IMG/VR virus record: IMGVR_UViG_3300033273_000658
Location: 1 to 64,000 of that record
Source of the DNA: a virus
Direction: 5' to 3' (one strand)
DNA length: 64,000 nucleotides
Below, one piece after another: positions 8,874-18,559 of the stretch. The notes under the pieces are model-generated. The model saw only the letters and a program-made list of their open reading frames with translations. It did not search any database and was not told the origin of the DNA. The position numbers and the translations under genes were made by a program. Every line of letters starts with the position of its first letter. Positions within the stretch are counted from its first letter, which is position 1.

Positions 8874-10457
8874 ATGGCTTTCTCATTATCAAAGAAAGAA
8901 ATTGTAAAGGAAATTGTTAAGTCCGGCAAAGATCCGCAATACTTCATAAATAACTATTGTCGTATTTCGCATCCAATGCACGGGCTTATTCCGTTTAAAA
9001 CTTATCCTTATCAAGATGATTTGATAAATGATTTTAATGATTTTCGTTTCACGGTAATTTTAAAAGCAAGACAGTTAGGTATCTCAACAATCTCGGCTGC
9101 TTATGCTGTTTGGTTTATGTTATTCCACAGAGATAAAAACATACTTGTGATAGCGACAAAATTTCAAACCGCAGCTAACCTCGTAAAGAAAGTCAAGAAC
9201 ATAATGCAATACCTTCCGGAGTGGATGAAAGTCGCTAAGATCAAAGTTGATAACAGAACATCGTTTGAACTTTCAAACGGCTCTCAAATTAAAGCCGCAT
9301 CAACTTCTGGAGATGCTGGTCGTTCGGAAGCATTGTCTCTTCTTATTATTGATGAGGCTGCGCACATTGATGGACTTGACGATCTGTGGACGGGTCTTTA
9401 TCCTACGCTATCAACCGGTGGGCGTTGCATTGCACTCTCAACTCCGAATGGTGTTGGTAACTGGTTTCATAAAACTTATGTTGCAGCAGACAATGGAGAA
9501 TCAGATTTTAAGCCGGTCAACCTCCCATGGGATGTTCACCCAGAAAGAAATCAGGCATGGTTTGAGAAAGAGACAAAAAACATGTCTCGCAGACAAATAG
9601 CACAAGAATTAGAATGTAATTTCAATACTTCCGGTGATACTGTTATTCATTCGGATGACATTGCTTGGTTACAAGAACAAATTAGAGAGCCAATTTATAG
9701 GACAGGATATGATAGAAATTTTTGGATATGGGAGAAGTACCGAGATGGAGGCCATTATCTTCTCGTTGCCGATGTTGCTAGAGGCGATGGGGCTGATAAT
9801 TCTGTATTTCATGTACTAGACGTAGGAAAGATGGAGATTGTAGCAGAGTATCAAGGCAAACCATCACTTGACATGTATGCTCAAATGTTATACTCAGCAG
9901 GAATGGAATATGGTAAATGCCTTCTTGTTGTTGAGAATAATGGTATTGGTATTTCTGTTTTTGAAAAGCTGAAAGATTTAGGCTATGAAAACCTTTACTA
10001 TTCTGTAAAGGGAACTCATGAGTTTGTCGATGCATCTCAAGGTGAATTTATGAATAATGCTATTGGTGGTTTCACGACTTCAACAAAGACACGACCACTT
10101 ATTGTAGCAAAACTTGAAGAATTTATCAGAAATAAAATTATAAAGATTCCTTCCGCAAGAGCATTTGATGAATTTAGAACTTTTATTTGGAACAACGGCA
10201 AACCAGAAGCTATGAGATCTTATCATGATGACATTGTAATGTGCCTTTCTATTATGTGTTGGGTAAGAGACACAGCCCTTGAAGTGTCACAAAAAGACAT
10301 GGAGTATCGTAAAGCTATGATCGATGGAATGTACATGAAAAAGAGTATTATGAATACAACCATAAAAGGGCAAGATGGGTATAATGCGGATTTTGAAACT
10401 AAATATAGAGAAGAGTTAAATAAAACAAGAAAATTTGCTTGGATTTTCAAAGGATAA
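8874..10457 (+). CDS. terL: Terminase large subunit (T4 gp17-like)
   Basis: YPYQ, KARQLGIST Walker A, LIIDEAA Walker B, STPNG, nuclease DVARG and HDD. Confidence 0.95.
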   Translation: MAFSLSKKEIVKEIVKSGKDPQYFINNYCRISHPMHGLIPFKTYPYQDDLINDFNDFRFTVILKARQLGISTISAAYAVWFMLFHRDKNILVIATKFQTAANLVKKVKNIMQYLPEWMKVAKIKVDNRTSFELSNGSQIKAASTSGDAGRSEALSLLIIDEAAHIDGLDDLWTGLYPTLSTGGRCIALSTPNGVGNWFHKTYVAADNGESDFKPVNLPWDVHPERNQAWFEKETKNMSRRQIAQELECNFNTSGDTVIHSDDIAWLQEQIREPIYRTGYDRNFWIWEKYRDGGHYLLVADVARGDGADNSVFHVLDVGKMEIVAEYQGKPSLDMYAQMLYSAGMEYGKCLLVVENNGIGISVFEKLKDLGYENLYYSVKGTHEFVDASQGEFMNNAIGGFTTSTKTRPLIVAKLEEFIRNKIIKIPSARAFDEFRTFIWNNGKPEAMRSYHDDIVMCLSIMCWVRDTALEVSQKDMEYRKAMIDGMYMKKSIMNTTIKGQDGYNADFETKYREELNKTRKFAWIFKG

Positions 10458-10460
10458 TAA

Positions 10461-12428
10461 ATGGCTAAGAAAAATAAAAATTTAGGGAAGAATCCCTATA
10501 ATCCGGAGAATGGTCTTTTTCGTTCATTAACAAGATTGTTTTCTGGTCCAATTACCCAAAGAAGAACACAACAAGGTCGTGCATTGAGAAGACGACACTT
10601 AGATACATACGCTTCTCGTTTCACATCAGCTTCTGGTAAACAGTTCAAGAAACAAGAATACAATCCCATGAACATCATGACAGTTAACATGATTTCAAAT
10701 AGAAACAGAGCGGAACGTTATGTTGATTTTGATCAAATGGAGTATACACCAGAATGTGCATCTTCGTTGGACATCTATGCAGATGAAATGACAACACATT
10801 CATCCTTACAATCAATGCTCAGAATTAAATGTCCTAATGATGAGATTAAAACTATTCTTGATAATCTTTACCATAATGTATTGAATATTGAACATAATTT
10901 ATTCGGCTGGTGTAGAACCATGTGTAAGTATGGAGATCTTTTTCTTTACTTAGACATTGAAGAAGCTATTGGAGTTCGTGCATGTATTGGGCTTCCTCCA
11001 CAAGAGATTGAAAGACTTGAAGGAGAAGATGAGACAAATCCCAATTATGTTCAATTTCAATGGAACTCAGCTGGTATGACACTAGAAAACTGGCAGATGG
11101 CACATTTTAGAATACTTGGCAATGATAAGCATGCCCCCTATGGGACATCTGTCCTAGAACCAGCAAGAAGAATTTGGAGACAACTTACTCTCCTTGAAGA
11201 CGCTATGATGGCATACCGAATCGTACGTGCTCCGGAGAGACGCGTATTTAAAATCGATGTCGGCAATATTCCTCCACAAGATGTCGAACAATACATGCAG
11301 AAGGTTATGACTCAAATGAAGCGTCATCAAGTCGTGGACCCCAAAACAGGTCGACTTGATTTAAGATACAATCCATTGTCAATTGAAGAAGATTATTATA
11401 TTCCTATTCGCGGTACCTCAAACACGGATATTGTTTCTCTCAAAGGTGGAGAAATGACAGCGCAAATTGAAGATGTGAAGTATCTCAGAGATAAGTTGTT
11501 CTCCGCACTTAAAATCCCTCAATCCTATCTCACAATGGGAGAAGGTGCATCTGAGGATAAAACAACACTTGCACAAAAAGACATTAGATTCGCAAGGACA
11601 ATCCAAAGACTACAAAGAGTTGTTATTGCTGAACTTGAGAAGATTGGGATCGTTCACCTATTCACAATGGGTTTCCGCAACGATGATCTTCTTTGTTTTA
11701 AATTACAGTTAAATAATCCATCAAAGATCGCTGAACTTCAAGAGCTTGAACATTGGGATAAAAAATTCTCTGTTGCTGGAAATGCAACTGAGGGATACTT
11801 CTCACGTCGCTGGGTTGCAGAGAACCTGTTTGGTCTTTCCGATGAGGAATTTGTTCGTATGCAACGTGAAATGTTCTATGATAGAAAATTCTCATCCAGC
11901 CTAGAATCCGTTGGTCAAGCCGCAGAAGGCGGTGGAGCCGGAGGCGGTGGAGGTTTAGACCTTGGAGGAGGTTCATCCGGAGGTGGACTTGACTTAGGCG
12001 GTGATACCGGTGGAGATACTGGCGGTGGATTAGATTTAGGTGGTGACGCAGGAGACAAGGCTGCTGGGGACAAGAGCCCTGGTGCCGAAGGGGGTGATCA
12101 AAAAGACGATGTTCTCCTAGCCGAACCACCAGCTAAACGTGATGATAAGAAGAAAAAGACCAGAGGTCCTTATAAACGTCATCAAACATCATATTCAAAA
12201 GGTGGTAGAAAAAAACAAATGAAAAACCAAGCTACCGGAGAGTATGGAAATACATACAGAACGACTTTCCAAGGTAAATCAGGCTTTGGTGGTTTAGATT
12301 CTATTGCTCGTGGAATTACAGAGAGTAAAGAAACTGAAGAAGAGAAACTATTTAAAACATCAAAGCAAGTTGATAACTTGATTGAAAGTCTATTGAAAAA
12401 GGTGAAAGAAGATGAAACTAACTCTTGA
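10461..12428 (+). CDS. Portal protein (T4 gp20-like) with Gly-rich C-terminal extension
   Basis: LEDAMMAYRIVRAPERRVFKIDVGN, EDYYIP, EDVKYLRDKLFSALKIP. Confidence 0.93.
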   Translation: MAKKNKNLGKNPYNPENGLFRSLTRLFSGPITQRRTQQGRALRRRHLDTYASRFTSASGKQFKKQEYNPMNIMTVNMISNRNRAERYVDFDQMEYTPECASSLDIYADEMTTHSSLQSMLRIKCPNDEIKTILDNLYHNVLNIEHNLFGWCRTMCKYGDLFLYLDIEEAIGVRACIGLPPQEIERLEGEDETNPNYVQFQWNSAGMTLENWQMAHFRILGNDKHAPYGTSVLEPARRIWRQLTLLEDAMMAYRIVRAPERRVFKIDVGNIPPQDVEQYMQKVMTQMKRHQVVDPKTGRLDLRYNPLSIEEDYYIPIRGTSNTDIVSLKGGEMTAQIEDVKYLRDKLFSALKIPQSYLTMGEGASEDKTTLAQKDIRFARTIQRLQRVVIAELEKIGIVHLFTMGFRNDDLLCFKLQLNNPSKIAELQELEHWDKKFSVAGNATEGYFSRRWVAENLFGLSDEEFVRMQREMFYDRKFSSSLESVGQAAEGGGAGGGGGLDLGGGSSGGGLDLGGDTGGDTGGGLDLGGDAGDKAAGDKSPGAEGGDQKDDVLLAEPPAKRDDKKKKTRGPYKRHQTSYSKGGRKKQMKNQATGEYGNTYRTTFQGKSGFGGLDSIARGITESKETEEEKLFKTSKQVDNLIESLLKKVKEDETNS

Positions 12429-12684
12429 AAGAATAAAAAAATTGATCAAAGAAGAACTTAATAATCTTAATGAAAACAAAGAAGATGAAGGAGTTGAAAA
12501 TTTGACTGATGAAGAGATCAAAGCAATAAGAAACGGTCTTTTTAATAAATACCTAGAAGGAATGAGACCAGAAGAAAGAGAAATAAATAAGGAAGAAGCA
12601 AAAGACATGTCAATACGTACACAAGAAGGAAGCAATGCTGTAGAATTCGAATATAAAGGAAAAAAATATTACGGACAAATTTAA
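12412..12684 (+). CDS. Leader-motif protein
   Basis: MKLTLERIKKLIKEELNNLNE. Confidence 0.7.
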   Translation: MKLTLERIKKLIKEELNNLNENKEDEGVENLTDEEIKAIRNGLFNKYLEGMRPEEREINKEEAKDMSIRTQEGSNAVEFEYKGKKYYGQI

Positions 12685-12699
12685 ACAGAGGATAAATAC

Positions 12700-13512
12700 A
12701 TGAAACATAATAAGAAAAGAAATACCGCTTTTCTTTACGAATCTCTTGTAAAAGAACTAACAAAAGCGATTGTAAGACAACAAGAAGAAAGAAAAGGAAA
12801 GATTATAACAATTATCAAAGAAAACTTTGCAAAAGGATCTTTGCTAGAACAAGACTTAAGTCTTTACAAATCTATCTTGGAAAATAAAGATAAAATGACA
12901 AAAGACTTCATAGATCGTTTTCTTGTTGAAACAAAAAAAGATTACAATTCTTTAAATCGTAAATCTGTTTTCAATGCTCAAACAAAAGTCATAACACAAA
13001 TTAATCAACAACTCGGATCAGATGTGTTTAAGAACTTTGTTCCAAACTACAAAGACATTGCAACAGTTGGTGCTTGGTTTCAAGATAACATTCCACATGC
13101 CAAATCTCGCCTTATTGTTGAAACAAAAGTCAAAGCCTTGCTTGTTCCTTCCGAGAAACAAGAGAAAGAGATGAAGCACATCGACAATCTAACTTACAAA
13201 ACTTTTGTTAACAAGTTCAATGAAACCTATAAAAATTCTCTAAAAGAAAACCAGAAAAAACTCTTAACAAATTACATTGTTTCTTTCTCAGACAATGGTT
13301 TGGGATTGAAAACTTTTGTTAACGAAGAAGTGGGAATTTTAAAGAAAAAAATCTCCCAAAAACTTTCGGAGAGTATTGACACCCTTGGCGAAGAAAAGCG
13401 CCAAAATCTTGAAAAAGTTTCCATAATACTTGAAGATTTTACCAAAAAACAACTAGATCACAAAATGGTTGAGAAGCTGTTTTATATACAAGATCTTATG
13501 GGAGAATTATAA
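12700..13512 (+). CDS. Hypothetical head-module protein (helical)
   Basis: GAGG RBS; between portal and prohead protease. Confidence 0.7.
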   Translation: MKHNKKRNTAFLYESLVKELTKAIVRQQEERKGKIITIIKENFAKGSLLEQDLSLYKSILENKDKMTKDFIDRFLVETKKDYNSLNRKSVFNAQTKVITQINQQLGSDVFKNFVPNYKDIATVGAWFQDNIPHAKSRLIVETKVKALLVPSEKQEKEMKHIDNLTYKTFVNKFNETYKNSLKENQKKLLTNYIVSFSDNGLGLKTFVNEEVGILKKKISQKLSESIDTLGEEKRQNLEKVSIILEDFTKKQLDHKMVEKLFYIQDLMGEL

Positions 13513-14111
13513 TGGTTCGTGTTAATGTTGTAAAGCCAGGAGGCTCAGAGGTTATACAAGATGATGTTGGGATTGATGTCAAACCAACAATTGACATCAA
13601 AGTTAATAAGACCAGTACTAATAGACATGTTTTTGAGTTGTATGTTCGCGAAGCTTTAAATGGAGATCTTATGATTTTTGATCATAAGGACATTGACATT
13701 ATCTTGATGCAAGAGCAAAAAAAGATTGTTGCGTTTGCAAAAGACATGTTAACCGATAATGTATATGGAGCTGAGTCTCGTTTGTTTGAATTTTTGAGAA
13801 AAAAAGGAATTGTTGCTTATGATTCTGTGCAGGGCGGCAACATCTATGGATCCATGGAAGCAAAAATTCTAGATTCAAAAAAATACAACTCTATCAAAGC
13901 TGCTTTGCTAAACATAGCTGAGTGGTTCAAAGAAGAAAAGCCAATGACTGATTCTTTGGAAGCACACGATGAATTGATGGACGATGCACTTTTAAACCCA
14001 GATGAAGAGCATGCAACAGAACTTGGAGAAGTGCCACATGAAGAAGAGAAAGGTTCAATACTTCAAAAGAATCTTTTTGCACCTTATCTATACGGTAGGT
14101 ACACTTACTAG
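13512..14111 (+). CDS. Hypothetical protein
   Basis: TAATG coupling, 199 aa. Confidence 0.7.
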   Translation: MVRVNVVKPGGSEVIQDDVGIDVKPTIDIKVNKTSTNRHVFELYVREALNGDLMIFDHKDIDIILMQEQKKIVAFAKDMLTDNVYGAESRLFEFLRKKGIVAYDSVQGGNIYGSMEAKILDSKKYNSIKAALLNIAEWFKEEKPMTDSLEAHDELMDDALLNPDEEHATELGEVPHEEEKGSILQKNLFAPYLYGRYTY

Positions 14112-14119
14112 AGGTTAAC

Positions 14120-14431
14120 GTGGAAACATTACATTTTATTCTCGCCTGTTATGGTATGACTTTCATTCTCGTCTATGGGAAAATCTTTGAAGACTTGAGA
14201 CCAGAGAAAGACTATACAAAGAAATGGAACACACTATTTCATTGCCCACTATGTATGGGGTTTTGGGTTGGCGTGTTTATGTGGGCGATAAATGGTTTTA
14301 CGGAACTATTTACATTTGAATATTCATTAATTAACGCATTTTTATGCGGATGTATCTCTGCTGGTACATCTTACATTCTATCGATGTTGGTTGATGATTT
14401 TGGTTTTAAACATGGAGTTAAAGATGATTAG
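14120..14431 (+). CDS. DUF1360-like membrane protein
   Basis: LFHCPLCMGFWVG motif and hydrophobic segments; GAGG before GTG. Confidence 0.6.
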   Translation: METLHFILACYGMTFILVYGKIFEDLRPEKDYTKKWNTLFHCPLCMGFWVGVFMWAINGFTELFTFEYSLINAFLCGCISAGTSYILSMLVDDFGFKHGVKDD

Positions 14432-14480
14432 TAAAAAATGGATGCTACAACCTGTGAGACGTTGCTGCTCAGGGTCCTGA
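14424..14480 (+). CDS. Candidate 18-aa microprotein MISKKWMLQPVRRCCSGS
   Basis: GGAG at 14414-14417, ATG 14424, TGA 14478-14480; not in the ORF track. Confidence 0.4.
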   Translation: MISKKWMLQPVRRCCSGS

Positions 14481-14483
14481 CTC

Positions 14484-14512
14484 AAGCGGAGAGAGACCGC
14501 TTATTTTTTTTT
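14484..14512 (+). terminator. Rho-independent terminator
   Basis: AAGCGG-7 nt-CCGCTT followed by a 9-T run. Confidence 0.65.
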
Positions 14513-14523
14513 GGAGAATATAA

Positions 14524-14730
14524 ATGAAATTAACAGCTGAAAAACTTAAAAAATTAATTAAAGAAGAAATGGAAAATCTTTCTGAGCAACCAAGCGATTC
14601 GGATGAACTTATGATGAATCTACAAAGAGCTCTTGAGGCTGCAACAGATCAAGCAAAAGATGGAGAAGTAAACTCAAAGATTAACGAGCTTTTAGAAATA
14701 GTTAGAAAATACAACACTGGTGAGAAATAA
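14524..14730 (+). CDS. Leader-motif protein
   Basis: MKLTAEKLKKLIKEEMENLSE; GGAG RBS. Confidence 0.7.
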   Translation: MKLTAEKLKKLIKEEMENLSEQPSDSDELMMNLQRALEAATDQAKDGEVNSKINELLEIVRKYNTGEK

Positions 14731-14732
14731 TT

Positions 14733-15350
14733 ATGCCTAAACAACTCTTAACAGAATTTTACGCTCTTTGCAAAGATGGTGTTTGTTTAGATCTCTTATC
14801 AGAATCTGAAAGACGAGAGGTTGTCAAAGAAGGTGCAACGTATCTAACCGGTCGCCTTCAGACTGCTGATAAAAAGAATGGAAATGGAAGAACCTATCCA
14901 TACAAAGTTCTCAAGAGAGAGATTGAGAATTATAAGAAACTTGTCGCAGATAAAAGATCTTGCGGAGAACTTGATCATCCGGATGACTCTGTCATCAACC
15001 TTAAGAATGTTTCTCACATTGTCACTGACATTTGGTGGGAAGGTAAAGATGTGATGGGGAAGATCAAGGTTCTCACAACTCCTTCTGGTCGTATTTTAAA
15101 AGACCTAATCAATGATGGTGTTAAGCTTGGTATTTCTTCTCGTGGCCTTGGCTCTGTCAAAGAGTCCATGGGTGGACTAACAGAAGTTCAAGATGATTTT
15201 GAACTTATCTGTTTTGACATCGTTTCAGAGCCATCAACGCCAAATGCATTTGTTTACCCAAAAGGTAAAGGAACAATGTATGAGAACAAAATCAACGAAG
15301 CAAAGCAAAACATCGTTGATAATCTGTTTAAAAAAATACTTGAGGATTAA
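14733..15350 (+). CDS. Prohead core protease (T4 gp21-like)
   Basis: NGNGRTY, GELDHP, VSH, TPSG, GISSRGLGS, DIVSEPS. Confidence 0.93.
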   Translation: MPKQLLTEFYALCKDGVCLDLLSESERREVVKEGATYLTGRLQTADKKNGNGRTYPYKVLKREIENYKKLVADKRSCGELDHPDDSVINLKNVSHIVTDIWWEGKDVMGKIKVLTTPSGRILKDLINDGVKLGISSRGLGSVKESMGGLTEVQDDFELICFDIVSEPSTPNAFVYPKGKGTMYENKINEAKQNIVDNLFKKILED

Positions 15351-15353
15351 ATT

Positions 15354-16046
15354 ATGAACTTGTCTTCTAGAGAATTAATTTCACTAATAAGAGAAGAGTT
15401 AAGTAATTTTCTAGATGAAATGAAATATGATTCTCGCAAAGATGTTGAAGGGTATGTTGATGCTGATGAACTAAAAGGTAAGCGCGTTTGGACACATACC
15501 AATAGGACACATAGAAACCAAGGTAAAAATGGAATGATTGGAATCTATGGCACAACTAGTTCTGGTGCGAGAACAGGCAACCCTTTATATTATACAAATT
15601 GTATCCGATTAGGACCTCCAGTTGTTTTCCAAACCAGCGAATCTGGTGTTGAAAGAATTCAAAAAACTGGAAAGAGGACTTTGGTCGCCGGTACTTCTGG
15701 TAAAGTCCTAGAAACCAACGAAGGAGAAAATCTATCAGGTTTTCTTCCGTTTACTTTTAGTCCTTTTGGAGATAAAAAGTTTTTTCACTTAGAAAGTGAT
15801 CCCAATAAAAAATTAGTTTCCGGAGATGAAGTTTACTTCCAAGCCTCTGAGGATGGTAAATATACATCGCTAGTTAAAAATCCTGTATTTCAAAATGACT
15901 CGGAAAACAAACAACTCTATTTACCTTATGAACCAGATGAAATGAAAAACATCACCAAGCTATCTCCTAAAGAAAAAAGAAGATACAATAGAAAACCAAA
16001 ACAAACGCCAAATAAAATACAATTACCATTAGAATTTGAGGATTAA
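15354..16046 (+). CDS. Leader-motif protein with unknown globular cargo
   Basis: MNLSSRELISLIREELSNFLDE followed by an unrelated domain. Confidence 0.7.
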   Translation: MNLSSRELISLIREELSNFLDEMKYDSRKDVEGYVDADELKGKRVWTHTNRTHRNQGKNGMIGIYGTTSSGARTGNPLYYTNCIRLGPPVVFQTSESGVERIQKTGKRTLVAGTSGKVLETNEGENLSGFLPFTFSPFGDKKFFHLESDPNKKLVSGDEVYFQASEDGKYTSLVKNPVFQNDSENKQLYLPYEPDEMKNITKLSPKEKRRYNRKPKQTPNKIQLPLEFED

Positions 16047-16463
16047 ATGAAAAAGAACGAACTAAAGAAAATTTTAAAGCCGCTAATTAAAGAGTGCATC
16101 AAAGAGGTAATCTTTGAAGAAGGCGCTCTTTCTACTATCATTACTGAGGTTGTAAAGGGCACTTCCGGATCTCAACAGATTGTTGAAACAAGAGCGCAAG
16201 AACCCAAGCAAGACTTTGCAAGACAAGAGAGAAAGATGCAAGAGGCAAAAGAACGAAAGCGTAAACTTCTAGATTCAATTGGAAAAGATGCATACAACGG
16301 GGTTAACCTATTTGAAGGAACAACACCTACGTCAGCTCCTTCTTCTACTCAAGGTCAGGGGCCACTTGATAGTGTTGCTCCTCATGATCCAGGTGTTGAC
16401 ATCTCTGGTATTTTCTCTGGTCATTCTGCAAAGATTTGGCAAAAACTATCAGGAAAGGATTAA
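16047..16463 (+). CDS. Leader-motif-variant head-module protein
   Basis: MKKNELKKILKPLIKECIKEVIFEE. Confidence 0.65.
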   Translation: MKKNELKKILKPLIKECIKEVIFEEGALSTIITEVVKGTSGSQQIVETRAQEPKQDFARQERKMQEAKERKRKLLDSIGKDAYNGVNLFEGTTPTSAPSSTQGQGPLDSVAPHDPGVDISGIFSGHSAKIWQKLSGKD

Positions 16464-16678
16464 TGGCTGCTAATCATACAGTTCGACCTCGCAGAAATGA
16501 AAGCGGGGAACGTTTAATAAGAAGGTTTACAAGAAAGATCAAGAAGCTTGGTCTTATCGAAGAGATAAAAGAAAGACGACATCACAAGAAGCGTTCTGAT
16601 GTCAAAAGACGTGCAAAGCAACGTGCAATTGCAAGGCGGAAGAAAAAAGAGCAAAAAGAGAAGAAAAATACTAATTAA
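16463..16678 (+). CDS. rpsU: Phage-encoded ribosomal protein bS21
   Basis: NESGERLIRRFTRKIKKLGLIEEIKERRHHKKRSDVKRRAK fits the bS21 pattern E..e.alrrFkr....g...e.r.r..y.KPs; TAATG start. Confidence 0.8.
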   Translation: MAANHTVRPRRNESGERLIRRFTRKIKKLGLIEEIKERRHHKKRSDVKRRAKQRAIARRKKKEQKEKKNTN

Positions 16679-16695
16679 GTTAGTTCGGAGAAAAG

Positions 16696-17049
16696 ATGTC
16701 AAATTTTCAATATACAGTAGGTTTAAATAATGTTGGTTCTTATCAAGTAGCAGGATCTCCCTTTCTAACAGCCTCATCGGTAACAAACGAAGTTAAAACA
16801 ATAAACTTCTCAAATGTTACAAAAAACATAACAATACATAACACAGGATCAGTTGATTTACATTTCTATTTTGTATCATCTCCTTCTGTGAAATTAATTT
16901 TACCAGCAGATAAAAAGATGTCCATGGATGTAAGATGCAAAGAGCTTTATGTATCAGCATCAACAGGAACAGGGTTTCAGGTTTTTGCTGAATTAACAAA
17001 CATACCTACTTCTAGAATGTTTTCACTTTCTGGCTTGGAGGGTGTATAA
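16696..17049 (+). CDS. Putative virion decoration protein, paralog 1
   Basis: YTVGLNNVGSYQVAGSPF...ELTNIPTSRM shared with the next two genes. Confidence 0.6.
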   Translation: MSNFQYTVGLNNVGSYQVAGSPFLTASSVTNEVKTINFSNVTKNITIHNTGSVDLHFYFVSSPSVKLILPADKKMSMDVRCKELYVSASTGTGFQVFAELTNIPTSRMFSLSGLEGV

Positions 17050-17420
17050 TGTCAAATAATATTTATAACCCTGGTCTTTATCATGTTGGTTCTTATCAAG
17101 CATCAGGTCGTCCATTTGGAGCTACCGGCTCTTTGTTGGCAAACTCAACTGCTAGTATTGATTTTCCGGAAGTAACAAAACAAATTGTAGTTTTAAACAG
17201 ATCGGCTGCCAACACATTTATTTATGTTCAATTTCATGAAGACGCGACCGATGGAAACAAATTTGCTATCAATGGTGGAGAACAACAAACATTTGATGTT
17301 AAATGCAATAACATTATTTTGAGCTCTTCCGCAATTGTAGATTATACCCTTTATGCTTCTCTTACAAACATTAAAGCCTCTTACATGTATGACCTTACTG
17401 GTTCTGGCGTAACGGAGTAA
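17049..17420 (+). CDS. Putative virion decoration protein, paralog 2
   Basis: GLYHVGSYQASGRPF...SLTNIKASYM. Confidence 0.6.
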   Translation: MSNNIYNPGLYHVGSYQASGRPFGATGSLLANSTASIDFPEVTKQIVVLNRSAANTFIYVQFHEDATDGNKFAINGGEQQTFDVKCNNIILSSSAIVDYTLYASLTNIKASYMYDLTGSGVTE

Positions 17421-17422
17421 TA

Positions 17423-18559
17423 ATGAGTGAGAAGTTTAAATATACAGTAGGTCTTCATAACGTTGGCTCCTATCAGGTTGCCGGTTCTCCGTATGTTACA
17501 GCATCAACCGTAAGTCAAGATACCGAGACTCAAATAGAGTTTCCGAATGTTACAAACAATGTAACAGTGAAACTTGACTCTGCTGGCGGGCAGGCTTCCA
17601 CCAGTCTGCATCTTTCCCCCACAGATGGAAACTTAAGCTATTTTATTAATGACACATCAAGCGCATGGAACCCATCAGATGGGGATTCTATGACTTTATC
17701 TGTTTGGATTAGTGGCTCAGGACAAACGACAGCAACAGATAACGGTATGATTTTTGGACATGCTGCTGTTCCGAATGATACTGCTAGATTTTCTCTGCGA
17801 GAAAAAGATAAAAAAATACAAATTGTTACGAAAGACACAGCTGGTGTTGGTCAAAGTAAATTATCTGCTGTTGTTTTTCCAACTAATGGTTGGATACATG
17901 TTGCTGGTGTTCTTGAAAATAATCGATTAGAATTGTATATTAATGGTAATTCAGTTGCTATAGATGTTGGACCTTTTACCACCAAGGGTGATCATATGAC
18001 CGCACCTTTTCAGATTGGCGGATCGCAGAATGTTGATGGAGAATACAAATTTAGAGATGCAATCATTTGGGATGCAGCACTTAGTAGTGCACAGATTTTT
18101 GATCTCTTCCAGGCTAGTGGATCGTATAGTGATTCTAGATTTAATCCAGCGGGTGTTACTAAATTAGGGTGGATGAAACCAACTGGAAGTGCTGGTGAAA
18201 AATCTCCTTTGATAAATACACTTACAAACCACGGAACAGGTTTTTCATCATGGGTTCTAGATGGCTCAGGATCAGGTGAAATCATAGAAATTTCATCCGA
18301 CTCTCCATTTGCTTCTGGTGGTGCTGGTGGAGAACTTCGTATTCACTATAGATCAACCGGTTCTCTTCCAAATGTCGAAGCAAATAAGCATTATTGGACT
18401 TTATCTTCTCAAGATGAGGAGATCAAAATGAACGTAAAAACAAAAGAAATTTATCTTTCTGCTGTTGATGGAGATTGCGACTTCTCTTTGCAAGCAGACT
18501 TAACAAACATTCCTTCTTCTAGGATGTATCAACACACAGGCTCAGGAGTGGATGAATAA
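17423..18559 (+). CDS. Paralog 3 with inserted LamG/concanavalin-like domain
   Basis: Same termini as paralogs 1-2; internal TLSVWI...WIHVAGV...LYING...IWDAALSSAQI. Confidence 0.7.
   Translation: MSEKFKYTVGLHNVGSYQVAGSPYVTASTVSQDTETQIEFPNVTNNVTVKLDSAGGQASTSLHLSPTDGNLSYFINDTSSAWNPSDGDSMTLSVWISGSGQTTATDNGMIFGHAAVPNDTARFSLREKDKKIQIVTKDTAGVGQSKLSAVVFPTNGWIHVAGVLENNRLELYINGNSVAIDVGPFTTKGDHMTAPFQIGGSQNVDGEYKFRDAIIWDAALSSAQIFDLFQASGSYSDSRFNPAGVTKLGWMKPTGSAGEKSPLINTLTNHGTGFSSWVLDGSGSGEIIEISSDSPFASGGAGGELRIHYRSTGSLPNVEANKHYWTLSSQDEEIKMNVKTKEIYLSAVDGDCDFSLQADLTNIPSSRMYQHTGSGVDE

Noticed and set aside
14478-14512. TGA followed by a hairpin as a possible selenocysteine/SECIS signal
   Set aside because: The hairpin is followed by a 9-T run (terminator-like), and read-through gives only a short, uninformative extension.
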